From NCBI RefSeq assembly GCF_009914755.1, contig NC_060927.1: a stretch of 64,000 nt of DNA. One strand, 5' to 3'. Origin of the DNA: the human T2T-CHM13v2.0 reference genome, Homo sapiens. The position numbers and the translations under genes are program-made. Under the pieces are notes generated by a model that was not told where the DNA came from, did not search any database, and saw only the letters and a program-made list of their open reading frames with translations. This document shows positions 41,703-57,224 of the stretch, in pieces; positions within the stretch are counted from its first letter, which is position 1; the number at the start of each line of letters is the position of its first letter.

Positions 41703-42010
41703 GAAATAACCTTTTTGTTTTAGAAGAGTTTTAGATTTACAAAAAAATTCCTAAAGACAATACAGAGAGTTCTTGTCTGTCCTGCATTCAGTTTCCCCTA
41801 TTATTCACATCTTCTATTAGAATGATACCTTTCTCATAATCAATGAATCAATATTGATATGTTGATACTAACTAACACCCGCACTTTATTCACATTTCCT
41901 CTGTTTTTGCCTAACACCCTTTTCCTCTTCCAGGTCCCCATCTAGGGTGCTGCATTGTATTTAGTCACCATGTCTCCTTAGGTTCCTCTCGGCTGGGACA
42001 GTTTTGCAGA
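41703..42010 (-). mobile_element. Old L1M (L1MC/ME-like) 3' end fragment
   Basis: ttttagatttaca...tacagagagttc...cagtttcccctattatt...atttagtcaccatgtctccttagg, typical of an antisense L1M 3' UTR. Confidence 0.7.
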
Positions 42011-43619
42011 ATATTATTTGGAAAAAATAAATTCGAATACCTCAGAAGGGGTATTTTGGGCTACAAGAAATATTTTAATCTGGGCGGTGGTTACACCAGT
42101 GTAAACCCGTGTAAAAAGTGGTACATTTAAAATTAGTGCACTTTATCTACTATGTGTATCATGCCTCAATTAAAAAAAAAAAGGTTCTCCAATTTGCCAC
42201 AGTCCCCAGGACTCCCTGTTATATTTCACTCATTCTCTGTCATTGTTTTGTATCATCTGCTTCGCAACTGTATTCATTACACAGTAGATGAATAAGACCC
42301 TTCCAGTTTACTCATCTTCAAAGTGGGTATAATAATTTTCTACTTGATAAGGCTGTAGTGAAGATGAACTGGGACAGTATATATCAAGTCCTTAACACAG
42401 TGCCTGGTGCACAGTAAGTGTTCAATAAATAGGAATGATGAGGATTATTGTGTGTGTAATATTTGTATTATTAAAACAGGTGTGTGAGCCTTCCTTCTCC
42501 TTACAGCAAACCCCATCCTCTCCTTCTCCTCTCTCCTCTGCCTCCTCTTTTGTCTCTGTTCATCTCTGCCTGGGAGGGCCAGGAGGTGGGAGAGACAGAG
42601 CAAAGCCTGCAAAGACGGTGTGTACCGGCCAACAGAAGCAGAAGACCCTTGAGCATGACCCCCAGACTGTCCTCAAAGCCCAGGGAAGCTTTGGTGGAAG
42701 CTGGGGTTCCAATCATTCCCTATTTAAGGAGTTCCTTGGGGTGCAAGGAGCTTGAGGAGCTCTGCAGTTCCCTGACAGCTTCCTCCAAAGCTATATCCCG
42801 CCCCCTCAGAGATTTCCCTGGCCAGTGATCCCTGGACACAGGGATTGGGAGGGCTTTTAGAGGGGTGCTGTGGGTCACGGGGACAAGGTAGCCTCCAACC
42901 TGGGCTGTCTGCTGGCTCAACCTCTTGGGGGGATGCCAGATTCCCCTGTGTGGCACCCCCAGACCCATGCCCAGAACCAATGAAGTCAGCGGGAGCTGTC
43001 TGTGATGAGTGTGCGGATGGCCAAGAAGGACCCATTAGGGCCAGTGAGGGGGTGTGGGGAGTGGAAAGAATAGGGACTGAGGGGTAGGAGGACAGGACTG
43101 GGTCCTGCCTTGCCCTCTGACTTGCTACATGACTGCTGGCGAGTCCCTTCCCCTCTCTGAGTCTCTATTTCCTAATAATAATAACAATAATAGTAACCAT
43201 GATGATAGTGATGATGGTGGTGGTGGTGGTGACACTAGCTCCCAATTTAAGTATAAGGCATGGGATAAGCCCGTTATGTGTACAGCGTAATTTCATCCTT
43301 ATACATAACCCACAAGCTAGGTCCTATTATTATCCCCATTTCATGGGTTTTTAAAATGGGGTCAAAGGGTCGAGAGCGTGTGTAAGCCTTCCCAGCTAAA
43401 CCGTTTGCAAACACAGGATTCAAACTCCAATCTGTCTGACTCAGAAACTGACACCATGACCTAGGTCATCTCCTCTGTATTTGCACCTCTGAGCTGGGCA
43501 GGTAGTTTTCCTTCCAGCATCAACCTTGCTGCCTCTGAGGGCGGCTCCCATGTTCAGGGAGGGAAAGGGGGCAGCTCAGAGCTAGCACCTACTGGACACT
43601 TGCCTGTGTTGAAGGGCTC

Positions 43620-43795
43620 CCTCGCTTATCTCATTTGATCTTCACACAGCCTTATGAAATAGGAACTGTTACCACCACCCCCATTTTACAGGGTAGGAAA
43701 CTGAGGCACAGAGAGATGGAGGTAAATGTCCAAATGGACACCTGGGTGTCAGGATTTGAACCTGGGTCTTCTGGCTACAGAGCCCACGCTCTTGT
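43620..43795 (-). mobile_element. MIR SINE
   Basis: ctcatttgatcttcacacagccttatga...ccccattttacagggtaggaaactgaggcacagagag...ggatttgaacctgggtc. Confidence 0.85.
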
Positions 43796-45999
43796 ACTCT
43801 TTCACCGCCCTCTGGAGGGAGCACTCCTATGGAGCTGGGTGAGGCCAGAGACAGTCCCTCCTGGGGCTCCTCATCAATACCTACAGAGCTTGCCTGGGCC
43901 AGGGCTTGCCCTCCACTCTCCCTCTGAGACAAGGACTCAAAGCCTCACAGGTTCCTCTCCTTATACTCTTTCCATCTCAGGAACCCCCTACCTCCCCACC
44001 ACTGCCCTGCCCTGAACTGGAGACCCAGGCTTCTGAGGAGACCAACCAGTCCAGGGCTGTGGGGAGTGCCTCGCGAACCCAGCCTCCCATACCTGGCCAG
44101 AGATGGCGGTGAATCACCCGGTGTCCCCGCTGGGTTTCAGGCCACGGACACAAGTACCCTCTCTGACTGCTCGGCTCCAGCACCTACAGTCACTGCAGAA
44201 GTCTGCAGCGTATGGCCACACCCTGCAAGGTGGCCACGGCACCGAGGCCTGGCTGCCAGCAGGGCTGCCTCCCTTTCTGGCCTGAGGATCGGTGAGGAGG
44301 GAGGTGGGGTGGGGAGGGGCAGGGGAGCAGGGCTGGCCACTAAGGTCTGTGGGCTGGCCTTCACAGTGCGGTAATCGGCAAAACAGTGGTCTCTGTCAAA
44401 AGCAACATGGGTGGCGGGCATAACTCTGTACCCCTGGCTTCTTCTTGGGCTTTTGTTCTCACGAGCATGAGGCTCCTGATCCTATCAGCAATACCCTGGC
44501 TTCAGCCCTGGCTACCTGGAAGTTCTTTTGTTCTGAGGACTCTCTGTACAACTGGCTGGCATGGAGCAGCCCTGGGAACGTGGGGAAAGGGTGGCTACGA
44601 CGCGTGCATCTGGCCCAACCCAAGGAAGCTTCCACTGAAACAAGTCACGTGGGGAAATGCCAGGCCAGGAGAGCCTGGGCCAAACAGCACAGAATCTTGC
44701 TTCCTCCAGGAAGCCTCTCTGGACTAAGGGGAAAAAAGGGTAACAGAGTCCCCCACCCACCTTGCCTCTGGGCCCCATGACACTCCTTGCTTGTGCCCTA
44801 TAATGTGCCTGATCACTTTCTCTTCATAGAGAAACAGGAAGAAAACATTTATTGTTTCCTGCTGAGCAACTTGTCCTTCCTCCAGCATCCTTGGAGAAGG
44901 GGCACTTTCCACATGAGCAAGTTTCCTAGCCACTGTAATCTTCCTCCTTCGTGTGCCAACGTGTGTTTTATCTTAAATATTTCTGGTGTAAGGAACACAC
45001 CCCTGAATATATTTTTCACTTTTATGTGAATTGATATTTTGCTAATCACAGCAACTCCTGTTTGACAAATAGCAGAACATCTATGCTGCAAACATATTAT
45101 TTAGTCAACCTAGCGACTTCCTTCGCTTCCCAGCCTTTTGCTTTTAAAAATACGGTTTAAGCAGGTGCGTTGGCTCATGCCCGTGATCCCGGCTACTTGC
45201 TTGGTGCTGGTGTCAGTGTGTGAATATGGATTGTAGGCTCTCAGTTCAAGCAATGTGGGAACTGCTCATATTTGGGATGGGGAAGCTTAGTTAACTTTCC
45301 CAGATCCATGAGATGACTTGGGAGGAAAAAAATGGAGAGCTGGCAATAAAGGGGGTCCAGCACTGACCCCCCACCTCTCTGGGCATCCCAGCCAAGCGGG
45401 GGTGATGGGCTCATGTCTCTGTGCTACTTCCCACCTTCCCGGGGGAAGACTCAAGAGCAGGTGTTATCTCAGAATGAAAGTCAAGTGACTGATGAGAGGG
45501 AGTAGGGGCTCCCCAGAGGTTCTCAGACCACCCAGGAAGGACATTACTTCTCTAGGGAAACAAAGACAGGAGGTGACCCAGGAAGAAAACCTCTTTCTCT
45601 CACGCTTTGAAGATTATTTTGGGAACGATCTTCCTGGTACTCCCCTATCCAACAACAGCCAGTTGCGTACTTACCTGTTTTGTGGCCTTCCTGCCTGTAA
45701 CCACCTTGAAAGCTAAGTCCCTGGCTTCCCGTGTCTCCAGAGTCTAGCATATAGTTGTGCTGAGAAAGAGCTCAGCTTCAAACTTACAGGCTCTTTATGT
45801 AAGACAATGACCCCACAGTCTCAGATTGGAGTTTAAGATGCCAATGGGCATCTCCTGGAAGCTAAGATATCAGTGATTTTTAGAAGGATGTCAGACTTCT
45901 AGAGAATGATGTAAAATATTCTTCGAGTCTATTTGGGAACTTAAATATCATGAAAGAACTGGTGGTCTGTCCAGAATCAGCTTCAAATCATTATGATAG

Positions 46000-46446
46000 G
46001 GATAAGGGTTGAACTATGTCCTCCCAAAAAGATAGGTTGAAGTCCTAACCCCTCATACCCCAGAATGTGAGGTACAGATGGGCGTTGACAGAGGGTGTTT
46101 ACAGAGGTGATCAAGTTAAAATGAGGCCACTAGAATGGGCCCTAATCTGGAATGATTTGGTGTCCTTACAAAAAGGGGATCTTTGGACACAGAGGCACTC
46201 ACTGGGGGAAGACGATGTGAAGGCAGGGGACTAGAGTGCTACTTCTCTACTCCAAGGAGCTCCAAAGATGGCCGGCGAACCACTGGAAGCCAGGAGAGAG
46301 GCCGGGAAAGAGTCAGCCTCCCCATCCTCGGAAGGAACCAAGCCCTCTGACACCTTGATCTTGGACTCCTAGTCTCCAGAACGTGAGACAACACATTTCT
46401 GTTAGTTTGTGGTCATGTGTCACGGCAGCCCTCACAAACTAATACA
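46000..46446 (+). mobile_element. MLT1C-like MaLR solo LTR
   Basis: gggttgaactatgtcc, gttgaagtcctaacccc, caagttaaaatgagg, gacaccttgatcttggact, gcagccctcacaaactaataca. Confidence 0.88.
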
Positions 46447-47729
46447 GATGACAGACTCTCTTTTCGCAGTGCTCAGGTGGCTGAGAGCGACCGACACAGT
46501 CCCAGCAAAGGCGCCTGAGGTCCTCACCATTTGAGGCGATTGTTCCCACCGGGGACCACCAAAAGAACAAAACTCACTGAGCAGTTGTCAATATTCCAGG
46601 CCCTAAGCTGGGCATATCCTATTTTCTCTTCCATCGAATCCTTCCGACATCCTCAAAAAGGAGGACTCCCATTTTAAAGAATATAAAACTGAGGTGAGAA
46701 GCACTTAAGTGAAACTTGTCCAGGACTGCACAGCCGGGACCTGCACCTGGCAGAGGGGAGACGACCTGCGGCCGGAGTGTCCCACCGCACCACGCTTCCT
46801 CCCCAAGTGAGGCCTAGTGCGACAGCTCCCTGGCTCTGACGAGTGGTTACCAGAGGTTTGGGGTGTGTGTTGATGCAACCTCTTTGTTCCCTTCCCTGAG
46901 TTTTAGACTGGGGCAGTCTGGCCACAGACAGGGCTCACGTTTTTTTCCTTCGTTCTCTCGTTGAAGAGAGCAGGATTGCAGGGAAAAGTTCAAACTCCCC
47001 AAAAGGATAAGCTGTTTAAGAATCCTCAAGTCCTTTTAAAGCCCTACTTTGTGCCAATTTCCACCTTTTACAAAGGGCTCCCATCCCCCAGCAAGGCCCC
47101 TCAGATGGGAATTATTGCCCACATTTTAAGGAGGGATGAGTCAGTTGCTTTGTAAACTGGTGTTGATTACAACTGCCTAATACGTTGCTGACGTGGAAAT
47201 TCTGCCGATTGAACTTATTTATAAGGAAAGATGCCTGTCATTTTTAGTTAGAAAGGGTTTCTGCTGGGGAGGATTTAGTTGTCGTTCTGGCACAGTCTTG
47301 GGGTAAAACATTTTCCATAAACGTTTTCTGACTCCACAACTTCCCTCAGTTGGTTTTCCTCTCTGGATGTTCCTGCTGGCAAAGAGAGTGACAAGATTCC
47401 CTGATTCCCTTATTGAGGCAGTGACTCGAGCTGCTTTGTGGTTGGAACATCTTGGCAGTTGCAGGAGGGGCAGCCTCTGGGAGGACCTTTCACTCTGGCT
47501 CCAGAGAGAACAGGTCAGCCCTCAGGGTTGAGGGTCTGCTGGCACACACTCCCTCCCCTCGGGCTCAGCCCAGGCCTGCCCCAAAAGTAGTGCTGCTGAA
47601 TGTCCCATCGACAGTGAGCCAGTGGCTTTGACCCCAGACTTGGAAACGCAGACAGTGCCGGGTCAGAGTGCTGGTTCCCAGCAGATGCTACTTCTTCCAC
47701 CTGCACTTCATTTTACTGAAAATCTGAAC

Positions 47730-47935
47730 TCCAGAGCCATACTACCTGGGTTCAAATCCCAACTCGGGTGGGATTAACACTGAACACTCTGCTTCAGTTT
47801 CTTCCTTTGTACAATGGGGATAAGAATGGTCATGCCTGTCTTATGGGGCTGTTGTGAGGACTAAATGATTAAAAATTTTAAAGCATTTAGAACAGGCCCT
47901 GGCACAAGGCGAGCCCTGCATTAAGTGATTGCTAT
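47730..47935 (+). mobile_element. MIR SINE
   Basis: cctggggttcaaatccca...cttcagtttcttcctttgtacaatggggataa...gttgtgaggactaaatga...aaagcatttagaacag. Confidence 0.85.
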
Positions 47936-50900
47936 GGTGATTTTTGTGACTATGAATTCATTCAACCAACATGGGTTGTATGTGTGGAGAGAGATGCTAC
48001 TTCCTGGCAATCCAGGCGTTGGACTTAACCACTCTGGGCCTTGCTTTCCTCTTCTGTGAAATGAGGATAACAAAATTGTACATGCCACAGGCTGGTAGTG
48101 AGGACAAGGGGCTCATCGCAATGCCTGGCACGCAGTGGGTACTTAGGGACTCCTAGGCACTGAGATGATTATTAACATTGGTGTGACTGTGATTCCTACT
48201 GGCCATCAGGTCAGGTCCTCCATCGCTGCCCTTGGAGAAACTTAGAATCACCTTGGACAGACCCACTTCTGAGGCTACAAGTTCATCACTTAGGGTCTGG
48301 GTGGCCCTCATGTCCTCCTTGGATTCTCCCCGCCCCACCACCCTGGCACCCCCAACCTAGAACTGTGATCTGGCCCTTTCTGATGTGCCCCTCACCCCCC
48401 CATCCTCTCCTGGCTTTGGAAGGATGTTTCTCAAACATTGATCGGACCACTGGAAACCCCCAATAACTTCACCACTGCACATAGATTGTAATTCAAACTC
48501 CTCACAGGGGCCCTCTGCTCACATTACCACTTTATCTTGGGCCCTGTTCATCCCTCCCCAGTCCCACTGAGGCCAGGGGTCTCTTTGTCCCATTCATAAA
48601 GGCACATGAGAGGTGAATAAAAGTATAACAATGACCGCACATAGAGAGTGCTCAATAAACACTTGTAACCAAATAAACAGGTAGCTAAGCCCTGGCTTCG
48701 AGCATCCTTTAGAGAGAAGATGATGCATCTTTGTTATTATATAACAAAACAGGTTGAATTCCATGGTGAAAATTCCACTACCTGGTTTCCACTGATGGGC
48801 ATGGGAAGCCTTTGTCAACCCATTTCAGGAGGAGGAGAGGAGCGACGTCACCGCCTCTCCCTGAGGATGGCTTGTGGATGGCTCTCCTCAACCTCCTTCC
48901 CCACCTATGCCTGTCAAAAGCTGCTGGGTTTAGATGCTCAAGTTTCTGTTCTGTATTATGGGTCATTTAATATTCAAGAGATGGCATTAAATAAATATGT
49001 GAGCAATTATGTAATGTGTTTGGAAACAATCTGGTTCGTCCCAAAGTGCTTGGGCAAGAAACCAAACTTTAGCGAAGCAAGAGGTCTGGGTGGTGTCTGA
49101 AGGCTGAACAGGGAGGCATGTGGCCCATCTGCTTGTTTGCTCCCTCCCTGAGTTGAGTCTGTGGTTACTCATCTTCAGGCAGGCACAAAGGCAGTAGGAA
49201 GCCAGTGATGCTTGCTTGCACAGTTAGAAGCTCAGGGTTGCATGCTGGCTGCAAAGTTTCTTCTCTCTGGGCATCAGTTTTCTCATTTGTGAAAAGGGCT
49301 AATGGCGGCTACTGGGAAGGTCAGATGAGATGGCAACTCTAAGCTCTGGCTCCGAGGACAAGCTTGTGCAACGTAAGTTGTGTCTGATGCTGAAAGATGA
49401 GCAGTGAGAGCTCTGATCTCTTACATGTTGGGTCCATGGGGCATGCACTCCAAGATTTGTATATCACCCTAATGTAAGGTTGGCCAAGCAAGGCAAATAG
49501 CAGAGGCCCCAAGAAAGGGCTTCAGGAGCACAGAGGAAGACATGGTTGATTTCAGCAAGGAGCCACAGAAATCTCACAGAGCTGCTGTATATGCTGGCTC
49601 TGGAAGGTTGAGTGGTGTTCTGGCCTCAGAGAGATGGCTGCCCCATTTAACTAACATGCATCATGCACCTAGAAGGTCTATTCATTTGGTAAGTATTTAA
49701 TGAGCACCTACTATGTTCCAGCTACTCTGCTAAGCACTTTACATGAATCATCTGCAAAATGCCGTTTTACAGATGAGGGATCTGAGACTCAGAGGGGCTG
49801 TCCCAGTTGCAGAGCTAGTATTTGAACCTGGGACTGAGTCCAGCTGCCAAGCTCTCAATAACCAATAAACATACTACTGCCACTCCTGTCCTCTCTGTCA
49901 GCACTTAGCACATGTCCCAGTAAGCCCACCTGACTACCCCAGCTCCAACGCTTCATGTGCAGGCTGGGGCATGGCCCAGAGGGTAGAAGAATGAAGCAGG
50001 ACCAGGTGAGGTGGCTGGCTTTTCATTCAGGCACCGGTCTATCCTCCCAGGGCAGAGGCAGTGTCAGATCCGCCTGGGCTCCCCAGTGCCAGTGCTGGGA
50101 CAGACCCTGGATTGACAACCATCCACCATGTGACATGATGGGGCCTTCCTCCTCCACAGTCTACACCATGCTCCTAATTCAAATGCCATAGGGCTTCCAG
50201 GGAATTTCCCCAAACCAGCCCAATGTTGCATAAATAATACACATGTCCCCAATAGGATGACAGAGAGGACAGCTGCTTTTAAACACTGGGTTCCTGCTCA
50301 GTTGACCCTCCATTGGCAACCCCCACCCCCAGCAGCTCTCTTCCCAGGCTGATACCCCCCAGTCAAGCCCCCGTCTCCAACTCACCCCTCCACGTCTTCT
50401 GGTTAAATGAGAGGTGTCAGGGTCTGGAAACTGGGGCCCATGTCTTGCTGGCTCTAGGGACTGGGTGACGAAGTTCAGCTCTGGAAAAGGGGAAAGATGG
50501 CATTAGTTAGGGGTGGGTGACATGACAGGGACCCAGGTCAGAAAGGAGAAGGGAAGGTAACCGTGGTGTGGAGTGTCCCCGATGTGCTGGCTCTAGGCTA
50601 GGGATGGGTTTGACAAGGACCTGGCCCTTGCCTTCTGCATTCAGACCAGCCTGGGTGGGCTTTGCCCCTCCTGGGTCCAGAGACCATCTCAGGAGTGCAA
50701 GTCCACCTGCTGGCAGGGGTCTCTCTGTCTGATACTGGGAAGGTTGAGTGGCAGGCCCCAGAGAGAGGGCTGCCCCTTTCACTAACATGCATCGGGCATC
50801 TAGCCATTCTATTCATTTGATAACTATTTCATGAGCACCTACTACATTCCAGCTACTCTGGTAAACACTTTACATAAATTATCTTTGCTGGATCTTCATA

Positions 50901-51246
50901 AGATGCCACCGTTGTCCCCATTTTACAGATGGCCTGTGTGTGGCCTGTGAGGGCAGAGGGGGTGTGAAAGAGTGGTCACAGGTGTGTGCCCTGGAGAGAC
51001 AGAGATACTTTCTTGGGCAAGTGACTTAAATTTCCTGAGCCTCCTTTTCCTCATCTGGAGGATAAAGATCATAATACCTATTTTTCAGGATTTTTGTGAG
51101 GGGTAACTAAAATATAATATGCATAAGTGCCGTGGGTCTTAGAAACGCCCGACAAACAGCAGCAGCAGAGGGCACTGGATGCTATAGGGCTCCCTATCAG
51201 CTTCCTTCTCTCTCTCTCTCTCAATCCATTTATTCATTTATTTGGT

Positions 51247-51550
51247 TTTTTTTTTTTTTTTTTTTTTTGAGATGGAGTCTCACTCTGTCATCCAGGCTGG
51301 AGTGCAATGGCATGATCTCAGCTCACTGAGATCTCTGCCTCCCGGGTTCAAGCGATTTTCCTGCCTCAGCCTCCCAAGGGGCCAGGATTACAGGCACATG
51401 CTGCCATGCCTGACTAACTTTTTTGTATTTTAGTAGAGATGGGGTTTCACCGTGTTGCCAGGCTGGTCTCCAACTCCTGAGTTTAGGTGATCCACCTTCC
51501 TAGGCCTCCCAAAGTGCTAGGATTACAGGCATGAGCCACCGCCCCCAGCC
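51247..51550 (-). mobile_element. Alu (AluS-like)
   Basis: T22 run followed by a full antisense dimer ending gagccaccgcccccagcc. Confidence 0.95.
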
Positions 51551-51731
51551 CTATTTGTAACTTTTTATTTTAAATAGTTATCGATTCAAAAGAAATTGCA
51601 AAGAAATGTACAGAGAGATCCCATGCACCTCCCTCCAGACTTCCCCAAGTTTAACTTGCACTACTGCAGCATGCCATAAAAACCAGTCTTGTGACATCAT
51701 ACAATCTACAGCGCTTGCATGCAGCAGTTTG

Positions 51732-51732
<1 letters not shown>

Positions 51733-51765
<33 letters not shown>
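51733..51765. repeat. (TG)n microsatellite
   Basis: About 16 TG units inside the L1M 3' UTR. Confidence 0.95.
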
Positions 51766-51767
<2 letters not shown>

Positions 51768-52742
51768 CTCTATGAAATGTTATCTGTAGTTTTGTGTCAC
51801 CACCACCACTACAATCAAGATGTAGAACTGTTCCATCCCTACAAGGCTTCCTTGGGCTACCCTGTTATAGTCATGCCCCTCATCCCTAACCCCTGGCAAC
51901 CTCTAGCCTGTTCTCCATCTCTCTAATATTGTTCTTTCAATGATGTTATATAAATGGAGTCATGTGGTATATAACCTTTTGGGACTGGCTTTTTTCATTC
52001 TGCAGAATTCCCTGGAGATTCCTCTAGGTGGTTGTGTGTAACAAGAGTTCGCTCCTTTTTATTGTTGGGTAGTATTCCCTACGTGGATGCATTACAGGTT
52101 GTTTAACTATCAATCAGTGAAAGGACATCTGTGTTACTCCTAGTTGTGGGGTATTATAAACATTTATGTAAGGTTTTTTGTGTGAACAAATTGTTTTCAT
52201 TTGTTTGGAATAAATGCCCAAGAGTGCAATTGTTGGGTTGTATGGCAGTTGATTTTTCTTTTTTCTTTTTTTTTTAAGAAACTGTCAAACTGTTTTCCAG
52301 TATGGTAAATGACTGTAGCATTTTACATTCCCACCAGCAATGTACAAGTGGATCCAATTTCTCTGCATCTTCATCGACATTTGGTGTTGTCACTATTTTC
52401 TATTTTAGCCATTCTGATAGGTGTGTAATAATATCTAATTGAGGGTTTATTTTGCATTTCCCTAATGACTAATGATGTTGCACATCTTTTCACGTGCTTA
52501 TTTGTCATCTATATATACTCTTTGTTGAGATGTCTTTTGCCCATTTTTAAATTGGATTTTTAAATTGCTGAGTTTTGAGACTTTTTTGTATATGTTAGAT
52601 ACCAGTACCTCATCGGTTTTGTGGTTTGCAAATATTTTCTTCTAGTCCATAGCTTAGCTTTTTATCCTTGTCACAGGATTTTTTTTTTTTTTGTCTTTTT
52701 ATCCTTGTCACAGGATTTTTTTGCCTGTTTTATGGATTTGCT

Positions 52743-52890
52743 TTCCTCTTCTTCTTCTTCTGCTTCTCTTCTTCTTCTTCTTCCTCTTCCTGTCTTTCTT
52801 CCTCTCCTTCCTCCTTCCTCCTCCTCCTCCTCTTTCTCCTTCTCCTTCTTTTCCTCCTCCTCCTCCTTTCTTCTTTCTTCTTCTTCTTTT
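52743..52890. repeat. (TTC)/(TCC) polypyrimidine low-complexity tract (expanded Alu tail)
   Basis: Nearly pure pyrimidine tract abutting the 3' end of the antisense Alu. Confidence 0.9.
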
Positions 52891-53174
52891 TGAGAAAGGG
52901 TCTCACTCTGTCACCCAGGCTGGAGTGCAGTGGCATGATCATAGCTCACTGCAGCCTTGAACTCCCAGGCTCAAGCAAACCTCCTGCCTCAGCCTCCTGA
53001 ATAGCTGGGACTACAAGTGTGCACCACTATGCCCAGCTAATTTTATTTATTTTTAGTAGTGACAAGGTCTCACTAAGTTGCCCAGGCTGGTCCTGAACTC
53101 CTGGGCTGAAGCAATCCTCACACTTTGGCCTCCCAAAGTGTTGGGATTACAGGCCTGAGCCACCACACCCAGCC
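52886..53174 (-). mobile_element. AluJ-like element inside the L1M
   Basis: gggtctcactctgtcaccc, atcatagctcactgcagccttgaactccc and gttgcccaggctggtc are J-type features. Confidence 0.92.
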
Positions 53175-54585
53175 TCTTACTTTTTGTCTACAAGCTTTAG
53201 AGTTTTACATGTTATATTGAAGTCCATGGTCCATTATGAGTTAATTTTTACATGTGGTGTGAGACTTAGGTTGAAGTTATTATCATTTTCATTATTTTTT
53301 CCTACGGATGTCCAATTGCTCTAGCACCATTTGTTGAAAAGGTTATCATCTTTACTCCATTGAATTGCTTTTGTACCTTTGTTAAAAATAGGTTGGGCAT
53401 ATTTGTGTGGGTTTCTTTCTGGGTCATCTACTCAGTCCATTGATCTATGTGTCATATCTCTGTCAATACTACTGTCATGATTTCTATATAATAAATCTTG
53501 AAATCAGATAAACTGATTCTTCATTCTTTTTCAAAATTGTTTTAGATATTCTAAATTCTTTGCTTTTCCTTATAAATTTTATAATCTTTTCTACATCTAT
53601 ACTGATTTTTCTGAGATTTTGATAGAAATTGCACAGAACAGACATCTTTGCTATGTTAAGTCTTCCAATCCATGAACACAAGTCTCTTCATTTATTTAGG
53701 CTTTTAAAACTTCTTTCATCTGTGTTTAATAATTTTCATCATACAAATCCTATAGATTGGTTAAATTTATACCTATTTCATTTTTTTGAGTGATTGTAAA
53801 TGGCATTGTATTTAAAATTTTGGTGTCCACGTATCCATTGCTAGTGTATGAAAATACATTTTTTTTTTGTATGCTTAGCTTGTATCCTGTAACTTTCCTG
53901 AACTCACTTATTACTTCTAGGAGGTTTGTGTTTTTAGATTCCTTGGGATTTTTATGTAGACAATCAAGTCATCTGCAAACAGGGAGAGTTTTATTTCTTC
54001 CTTTGAATTTGTATATGTTTTCTTGTCTTTTGCACTAGCTATAGCTTTTAGCACTATGTTGAATATAATGATGAGAGCTGGCATCCTTGTCTTGTTCCCA
54101 ATCTCAGGGGAAAGCATTCAGTAAGTATAACATAGTTTTTAAAAATGCTCTTTATCAAGGTGAGGAAGTTTCTCTCTATTCCTACTTTTTCTGTGTTTTA
54201 TGACGAATGGGTGTTGAATTTGCTTTTCCTACATTGATGGATACCATCATGTGATTTTCTTCTTTAGCCCGTTAATATGGTGGATTATATTAACTGGTAT
54301 TTAAATGTTAAGCCAACCCTGCATCCCTTGAATAAACCCCACTTGGTCATGATGCATAATTCTTTTTACACAGTGTTGAATTCTGTTTGTTAATGTTTTG
54401 TTAAAGATTTTCACATGTATACACATGACGGATGTTAAGTCTGCAGTTTTGTTTGTATTGTCTTTGTCTGGTTTTGATATTATGATAATAGTAGCTCCTT
54501 AAAATATATTGGAATTGTTTCTTCCTCTTCTATTTACTGGAAGACATTGTATAGAATTGGTGTTAATTTTTTAAACACTTGGTAA

Positions 54586-57224
<2,639 letters not shown>

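Noticed and set aside
43456-43469. Palindrome atgacctaggtcat (everted nuclear-receptor half-sites)
   Set aside because: Single motif at a MIR edge with no supporting context.
52621-53000. Ser/Phe/Leu-rich and Arg/Glu-rich ORFs
   Set aside because: Products of the TTC/TCC tract and the adjacent Alu.
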